Below are positions 55,649 to 64,000 of a DNA stretch of 64,000 bases, piece by piece. Under the pieces are notes generated by a model. That model made no database searches. It was not told where the DNA came from and worked only from the letters and a program-made list of their open reading frames with translations. The stretch spans positions 18,786,001 through 18,850,000 of the forward strand of contig OX597838.1 of the NCBI GenBank assembly GCA_951406725.2. The letters run 5' to 3'. Position 1 is the first letter of the stretch, and the number at the start of each line of letters is the position of its first letter. The translations under genes and the position numbers were made by a program. This DNA is from Octopus vulgaris (Eukaryota).

Positions 55649-56376
55649 CATACACACACACGTACGCAGATATATGTGTGCGTGTATAATTATATATCTA
55701 CATACTTATGTAAACGTGTGTATAAGCACACACACACACACACGAGCGCAGATATATATGTGTGTATGTGTGTATATATGTTTGTGTATGTGTTTGTGTG
55801 TATGTGTATATATGTATAGGTGTGTGTTAGTATGTATGTGTGTACGTACAGACGTATATATGTAAATGTGTGTGTTTCCGTGTTGATGTGTTCGCATAGG
55901 AAACGGTGTATTTCAAAGGCGGTCAATTACCATATGGGGGAGGGGGAATCAGCTGAGACAGTTCTTGTCCCTTATATGCAACACCTAAAAACCCCTTACA
56001 GACCATTTACCGTAGTTCTAGGTTTCCCCCTTTTCGAACAGAATAATCACCGGCAGCTTGACACCGCAATTTCTAAAGACACAGTCTTCGGTAACACACC
56101 GAAGTATCAATATTATAATTATAATAATTCCTAACATATAGATATAATGCGACACCTTTTGTATTTTTCGTTGTTGTTGTTGTTGTAGGGGTTTTTTTGT
56201 GGGGGGGAGAAGGGAGAGGTGTGAGATATATGTCGACTGAAGCGACCCCTGTATTTCACTGGCCGTGGATAGGTGACAGGCAAAATTAAACCTCAGCTAA
56301 AATTTCGAATTCAGAATGAAATATCACAACGTATTTTGTTCGACACACTAACGATTCAGCCCTCGACTTCTAGTAG

Positions 56377-56428
<52 letters not shown>

Positions 56429-56537
56429 GGTGGTGGTGGTGGTGATGGTGATGGTGATGGTGATGGTGAGAATAAAATAATTTGCCCTAGGAGTCGGGAA
56501 GACACTCGGAAAGAAATGGAAACAAAATTTGAATGAA

Positions 56538-56616
<79 letters not shown>

Positions 56617-56963
56617 GTAATAATAATAATAATAATTAATGATTGTTTCCGAGATTGAAAACACATGGCATGAAAATTTGCGCGAGAGGTTTGTTTAGTC
56701 GATATAAATCGATCTCCGTTCTTGATTGACTGATTCTTTATTTTTTTTTATCTATCCCCTCCCCCCACCGTCCCACCCCAACCCGAAAGGATGAAAAGCA
56801 AACTTGACCTCCTCGGTATAAGTGTGAACTCAGAGCTAAATACCACAAGGTTGTTTTGTCCGAATCTGTAAACGAGTCACCCTTCACCTTACCGTAGTGA
56901 TGATAATGATAATAATCATAATTATTATCATTATTATTATTATAATTATTATTATTATTATTA

Positions 56964-57025
<62 letters not shown>

Positions 57026-57760
57026 ATTAATAATAATAGTGATAATAATAATGATTTCTTTATTAACCACAAGGTTTTACGATAATAATAATAATGATTA
57101 ATTTTATTTGCAACAGGTTGTCATATAAGGGGGGACATTTCAAATACAGGCTATCATGTGTTAGGGGTTATTTGGAATGGTTTGAGGAGGAAAAGAGAGG
57201 TAGGGAGAGAGAGATAGAGGATAGAATAAGGGCTAAATCCATAGGAAAGAAACAAGAAGCATCGATGTGTTTACGGGAAGTGAGAAAGAGAGAGAGAGAG
57301 GTGAGCAATAATAATAATAACGATGACGATGATTAATTAATAAGATGATGATGATGATGATGATGGTGACGACAACGGCGACGACTGCCAAAGAAGAAGA
57401 AGAAAAAAACGGGAGAGTGTGATTATTAAAAAAAAAATCTATCGAAATTATCAGAAATTCTCAAATAATTTTAACTCGAGGAAATTATGTAGAAAAAAAC
57501 CTGCAAAAATAATGAATAAATTTGTTGAAATAATGATAATAATAATAATTTAAAATTTTGCCATAAGGGCAGCAATTTGGGGGGACGGGTGGGGTGGGCG
57601 AGTCGATTACATCGATCCCCAGTGTTCAACTGGTACTTATTTTATCGACCACAAAAGTCGACCTCGGCGCAATTTGAACTCATAACGTAGAGACGGGCAA
57701 AATACCGCCAAGGCTTCTTCGTCCAGCGCGCTAACGATTCTGCCAGCTCGCCCACCTTAA

Positions 57761-57830
<70 letters not shown>

Positions 57831-57831
<1 letters not shown>

Positions 57832-57938
57832 TGTGAATTTGCGTGTGTAATCTGAGAGTGCATGCAACGAGCTTCTCCGCCCTAGGTGTACGGAAAACAC
57901 TCGGCGAGAAATGGAAGAAAATTTGAAAAAGGAAGGAA

Positions 57939-57992
<54 letters not shown>

Positions 57993-58087
57993 GTGAATTT
58001 GCGTGTGTAATCTGGAAATGCATAACTGCCCTAGGTGTACGGAAAACACTCGACGAGAAATGGAAGAAAAATTTGAAGAAAGAATGA

Positions 58088-58144
<57 letters not shown>

Positions 58145-58260
58145 TAATTGTGAATTTGCGTGTGTAATCTGGGAATGCATACCATGAGCTTCTCTGCCCT
58201 AGGTGTACGAAAAACACTCGGCGAGAAATGGAAGAAAATTTGAAGAAAGAAGGAAAAAGT
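57831..58260. repeat. Three tandem units of about 160 bp separated by (AAT)n, just inside the PKG intron
   Basis: GTGAATTTGCGTGTGTAATCTG...CCCTAGGTGTACGGAAAACACTCG.CGAGAAATGGAAGAAAATTTGAA three times; a diverged partial copy lies at about 56482-56540. Confidence 0.9.
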
Positions 58261-58309
58261 AATAATAACAATAATAGTAATAATAATAATAATAATGATG
58301 ATAACTTAC

Positions 58310-58719
58310 CTGAAATCTTTATCGTAATGTTTTAAATCAATAGCGTTTAATCCTGAGGAATTATTATAACTTTCTCCAGATACTCCCTGTCTTTTTAACC
58401 GTTGATCAGCTGAGTTTTTGGTAGCCGGTAAATTTTCTTGTATTGTGGCCAGAATGTCGGGCCTGCCTTCTTCATTGCACACCTTTAACTGCAATACCGA
58501 ACGGAGTTTGTGTACTTCCTCGCGGAGCCGCTGCACATCGGCCGATTTTTCTTTCAACTCGCGCATCTTGTCGTGCAGTTCGGTTTCGTATCTGGAAATG
58601 ACCGATTCCTTCTGCCGGATTTCCTTACGGAGTTCCGGTATTAAGCTTTTGATGCGATTCGCATCGAATGTTTCGCCCTCTATCACCAGATGGGCGTTGT
58701 GACTCGCTCCATTTCCCAT
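58310..58719 (-). CDS. PKG: First coding exon of a cGMP-dependent protein kinase (PKG, PRKG2/PKG-II-like N-terminus)
   Basis: The ORF starts MGNGAS (MGxxxS myristoylation consensus), then has a leucine/isoleucine-zipper coiled coil (LRKEIRQKESVISRYETELHDKMRELKEKSADVQRLREEVHKLRSVL), the PKG pseudosubstrate KRQGVSGES, and HYDKDFR, which precedes cNMP domain A in PKGs. It ends at a canonical donor AG|GTAAGT (intron starts at 58309, phase 2). The start context AGAATGG is strong. Confidence 0.92.
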
Positions 58720-59216
58720 TCTGATAATAGATTTCCACCCTTTCTGTCTTCTACCGAGCGAAACATTGGATCCAGCAATTGTTGTTTTCTTTACCTTGAA
58801 CCCCTGGGCTTGTTATTGTTTGGTTTGTTTGTTTGTTTGTTTGATTTTTGGAGGGGTTTTCTTCGTTAGCTTATTTCCCCCTTTTTTTTTTTTTTTGTTA
58901 TCACCAATATTTCCAAAAAACACACACCGAATCTCAGCCTCCGAATCACTCGAGCGACGACGACGACTCTACTCTACTCTCGCGCTTGTAACACTTGTGA
59001 ACTGACTTCGCACTGTTCCGTAATCAACGCTGCTGTTGTTGCTGTTCCTCTTCCTACTACTACTACTGCTGCTACTCCCACAGCTGCTGCTGCTGCTGCT
59101 ACTGCTACTGCTGCTGCTGCTGCTGTAGGTGTTGTTATTGCTGCTGCTGTTGTTGTTGTTGTTGTTGCTGTGACTGCCGTTGGTATTATTTCGATATTCA
59201 CTGAAAGATAGCATTA
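58720..59216 (-). other. 5' UTR portion of the PKG exon, with tandem splice acceptors
   Basis: On the minus strand a long polypyrimidine tract (about 59220-59260) is followed by CAG| (exon start 59216) and a second TTTCAG| (exon start 59200). The UTR contains CAA/CAG/AGT triplet runs. Confidence 0.6.
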
Positions 59217-59285
59217 CTGTTGGGGAAAAAGAATAGAAAAAAAGGGGAAAACATGAAATTATCAACATAGTCACTACGATTATTA

Positions 59286-59336
<51 letters not shown>

Positions 59337-59350
59337 TATTATTATTATTA

Positions 59351-59382
<32 letters not shown>

Positions 59383-59396
59383 TATTATTATTATTA

Positions 59397-59476
<80 letters not shown>

Positions 59477-59486
59477 GTTATTATTA

Positions 59487-59566
<80 letters not shown>

Positions 59567-59577
59567 TGTTATCATTA

Positions 59578-59680
<103 letters not shown>

Positions 59681-59685
59681 TATTC

Positions 59686-59716
<31 letters not shown>

Positions 59717-59974
59717 TATTATTATTATATTATTATATTATTATTGTTATTATTATTATTATTGTTGTTGTTGTTGTTTTTGTTGTTGTAACTATTGTAA
59801 AAAATTATTGTCGATCTTGTTCACGATTTTATTGCTGTTACTCCTGCTGATGTTGTAGTTGTGCTGTTGTTGTTGTTGGTGGATGTGGTGGTGTTAGTGA
59901 AGTGGTTTGTGATGGTGGTGGTGGTGGTGGTGGTGGTAATGATGGTGGAGGTGGTGGTGTAAGCGAAGTGGTTG

Positions 59975-60006
<32 letters not shown>

Positions 60007-60342
60007 GGTGTTAGTGAAGTGGTTGGTGGAGGAGGGGGGAGTATTAGTGAAGTGGTCTGTGGTGATGGTGGAGGTGGTGGTGCTGGCAATTTAATTCGTG
60101 TTGTTTCCGTTTTCGTTGCAGTTGTTGCAGCTGTTGATGATGTTAATAATGATGATGATGATGATGATGATGATGTGATGTGAGTCGGCGACGGCGACGG
60201 CGACAGCAGTGGCGGTTGTGTCTAGTAGTAGTAGTAGTAGTGGTGATTGTGGTGGTGGTGGTGGTAGTGGTGGTGGTAGTGGTGGTAATAGTAATGATGA
60301 TGGTGGTAGTAGTGTCAGTGGAGATAATAATTAGCTTGTTTT

Positions 60343-60378
<36 letters not shown>

Positions 60379-60438
60379 AGGTGGAATTACTGGCTTCATT
60401 CATCAAAAACTGCCGACTAATAAAATAGGTGACCTTAC

Positions 60439-60715
60439 TGCGGTGGTGTGGAGTGGTAGCTGTGTGGTGGTGGTGGCGGCGGCGGCGGTGGGGGTGGCAG
60501 CGGCGGCGGTGGTGATGGTGGTGGTGGTGGCGGCGGTGGTGTTGGCGGTGGTGGTGGTGGTGGTGGTGGAGGTGGTGGCGGTGGTTTTGGCGGTGGTGGT
60601 GGTGGTGGCGGTGGTGGTGGTTGTGGTGGCGGCGGCGATGGTGGGTGACGTAGGTGGAGGTGAAGACTATTTTTCAGGTGTGGCGGGTAGACAGGGGAGA
60701 AATGTCCCTTTTATA
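60439..60715 (-). promoter_or_regulatory. Candidate PKG core promoter and non-coding first exon
   Basis: TATAAAAG on the minus strand at 60708-60715, then a GC-rich (CCA/CCG)n stretch ending at a donor-like CA|GTAAGG (60438). Correct side and strand to splice to the acceptor at 59216/59200. Confidence 0.3.
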
Positions 60716-60736
60716 AAACAGCGAAATATGTAAACT

Positions 60737-60987
<251 letters not shown>

Positions 60988-61111
60988 TATTAAGGACATA
61001 CTTAATATAAATAAATATATTTAAAAGGAATAATTTATAAATTTTTCCCTTATGAAGTTTTTCACACTAACTACTTGGTAAATTCTTATAAAGATTTTAT
61101 CCTATTTTTCA

Positions 61112-61180
<69 letters not shown>

Positions 61181-61189
61181 ATGAATGTA

Positions 61190-61286
<97 letters not shown>

Positions 61287-61340
61287 GTGTGTATGTATAT
61301 GTATGTACGTATATGTGTATATATATGTATATATATATAG

Positions 61341-61382
<42 letters not shown>

Positions 61383-61630
61383 TATACACACACGCAAGGC
61401 CGATTGTGAGAGGCGAAGGGGAAAAGACACACACGCACCCACGTGTGTGCGTGTGTTTGTATGTCTGCGTGCATGTATGTATGTGTGTGTTCGTTTGTGT
61501 GTGTGTGCGTGTGTGCGTGTGCGTGTGTGTGAGTTTGTTTGTGTGTGTGTGTGTGTGCATGTGTGTGTGTATGTGTGTGTGTGTGTGTGTATAAAATACA
61601 GACATGTAGAAAATGCGACAGACAGATAGG

Positions 61631-61734
<104 letters not shown>

Positions 61735-61735
61735 C

Positions 61736-61801
<66 letters not shown>

Positions 61802-62116
61802 TGTGTGTGCGTGTGCACGAAGACGATCTGAGGCAGATGTGTGCATAGGCAAGCAGGCATAAGAGACGTATGATGAAAGCAATATTTTTAATAATTCGTC
61901 TGTTGTCACAAAAAACAAAAACACAATACAATTGTTCAAATAACCAACACTCACTGAGTCGTACAAGCGTAGAGTTAAATGCATGTATATCATTATTATT
62001 TTATCGACAATGACTTTGTAGTTTTGAAAGCTGTATGGGCTATTCAAACATTCTGAACAAGGACTGGTCCGGTGAACACTCTCAATAAAATTATAACATT
62101 CTTATGCGCCTTACGT

Positions 62117-62549
62117 AAGGCGGCGGAGCTGGCAGAATCTTTAGCGCGCCGAGCGAAATACTTGGCGGTATTTCGTCTGCCGTTGCGTTCTGAGTTCAAA
62201 TTCCGCCGAGGTCGACTTTGCCTTTCATCCTTTCGGGGTCGATAAATTAAGTACCAGTTACGCACTGGGGTCGATGTAATCGACTTAATCCGTCTGTCTG
62301 TCCTTGTTTGTCCCCTCTGTGTTTAGCCCCTTGTGGGCAATAAAGAAATAAGAATCGTTAGCACGCTGGACGAAATACTTAATAGTACATTACCCGTCGC
62401 TACGTTCTGAGTGCAAATATCGCCGAGGTCGACTTTGCCTTTCATCCTTTCTGGGTCGATATATTAAGTACCAGTGAAACGCTGGGGGTCGATGTAATCG
62501 ACTCATCCCCTACCCACAAATTTCGGACCTTGTGCCTCTAGTGGAAAGG

Positions 62550-62605
<56 letters not shown>
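62117..62605 (+). mobile_element. SINE family B dimer ending in (ATT)n
   Basis: A Tx1-like tailed unit plus a unit with the alternative tail and (ATT)n. Confidence 0.88.
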
Positions 62606-62606
<1 letters not shown>

Positions 62607-62607
<1 letters not shown>

Positions 62608-62980
62608 GTGGCTGTGTGGTAAGTAGCTTGCTTACCAGGCACATGGCTTCGGGTTCAGTCCCACTGCGTGGCACCTAGGGCAAGTGCCTTCTACTATCAC
62701 TTCGGGCCGACCAAAGCCTTGTAAGTGGATTTGGTAGACGGAAACTGAAAGAAGCTCGTCGTATATATGTATATATATATGTATATGTGTGTGTGTGTGT
62801 GTGTGTATGCGTGTATGTATATGTTTGTGTTCTGTGTTTGTCCCCCCCACCAACATCGCTCGGTAAACCGATGCTGGTGTGTTAACGTCCCTGTAACTTA
62901 GCGGTTCGGCAAAAGAGATCGATAGAATAAGTACTAGGCTTACAAAGAATAAGTCTTGGGGCCGATCTGCTCGACTAAAG
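62607..62980 (+). mobile_element. SINE family A (tail truncated)
   Basis: Matches the consensus, followed by a family-C-related element at 62981-63261. Confidence 0.85.
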
Positions 62981-63262
62981 GTCGTGAGTTCGATTCCCGG
63001 CGACGCGTTGTGTCCTTGAGCATGACACTTTATTTTCACGTTGCTCCAGTCCACTCAGCTGGCAAAAATGAGTAGTACCTGTATTTCAAAAAAGGGCCGG
63101 CATTGTCACACTCTGTATCACGCTGAATCTCCCTGGGAACTACGTTAAGGGTACACATGTCTGTGGATTGCTCAGTCACCTGCATGTTAATTTCACGAGC
63201 AAACTGTTGTTCCGTTGATCGTATCAGCTGGGACCCTCGTCGTCGTAACCGACGGAGTGCTC

Positions 63263-63297
<35 letters not shown>

Positions 63298-63495
63298 TTT
63301 ATTTAAAAGTAGTAAAAATTCAACAAAACCTGTTACTCGGAGTTTCACGTTCCCGTTCGTCGGACAGTTTTGTGAAACTCCGAGTAACAGGTTTTGTTGA
63401 ATTTCTGCTGCTTTTAAATAAAACATATTACTCTACCCCTTGTATTTGAGTACTCTTTTTTCCACCTTGTTTCACATTTATGTGTTTACTCCGGT
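63298..63495 (-). mobile_element. PLE-derived fold-back containing a hammerhead motif (63330-63367, minus strand)
   Basis: Inverted arms of about 50 bp (63298-63348 and 63372-63422). Minus strand: CTGT-CCGACGA-ACG(ggaa)CGT-GAAAC-TCCGA-GTA-ACAG (U4C core). Flanked by (TA)n. Confidence 0.7.
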
Positions 63496-64000
63496 ATATA
63501 TATATATATGGTGGGGATGTACACATATATACAAATAAATGTGTATCGAATACTTAAAATAACGTCTTGTTTTATTGAAGCTATCTTCTCTTCGTCACAA
63601 GAATAAACAAATGCTTTGTGTGTTAATTGTAATCAACTCAGAATGAAGAGGGGAGATAACTAAGAATTCCTCAAAATTAACTTGTTACTAAAGTAAAGAC
63701 ATTCTTATTGTCTAGCGACAAGAGGACAGCTGTATTCACATGTTTCTGCCACAGTAAGTGTCTTTAGCACAGCGGTTGTCCTACCATGAATCCAACAGGC
63801 GAGATACTTTGACAAGTGCAAAAAGAATAGAGAAACATTCAGGGTCCAGACTAATTTGCATAATTTGATCGAAATCTTGCACTTTTGTCGATTTCGGAGG
63901 ATTCTTGATTCTTGTGTGTGGATTTGGAAGACGGAAACTGAAAGAAGCCTGTTGCATATGTATATGCGTGTGCATGCGCGAGTGTACGTGTGTGTGTGTG

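Overview
Repeat-dense eukaryotic DNA, most likely a coleoid cephalopod (Octopus-like, inferred from the SINE families and the extreme microsatellite load). Only one host coding exon is supported: the first coding exon of a cGMP-dependent protein kinase (PKG, N-myristoylated PKG-II-like N-terminus) on the minus strand at 58310-58719. No next exon was found, so positions 1-58309 appear to be one intron of more than 58 kb. Almost all ORF-track entries are translations of microsatellites or SINEs. The rest of the window holds three tRNA-derived SINE families, decayed LINEs (R4/Dong in (AAT)n, Tx1 in (GATA)n, RTE, CR1/Jockey-like), a degraded Penelope-like element (RT plus GIY-YIG), MITEs and local duplications. 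The most notable signal is a set of about nine minimal type-I hammerhead ribozyme motifs from about five Penelope-associated families, sitting in or next to (TA)n tracts and often in fold-back form. Several have non-canonical cores (U3-A8, A6 to U/C, U4C, an extra A after A9). One SINE family has a 3' tail that matches the 3' end of the local Tx1 LINE and alternates with a second tail. All calls are by eye; no database searches were run.
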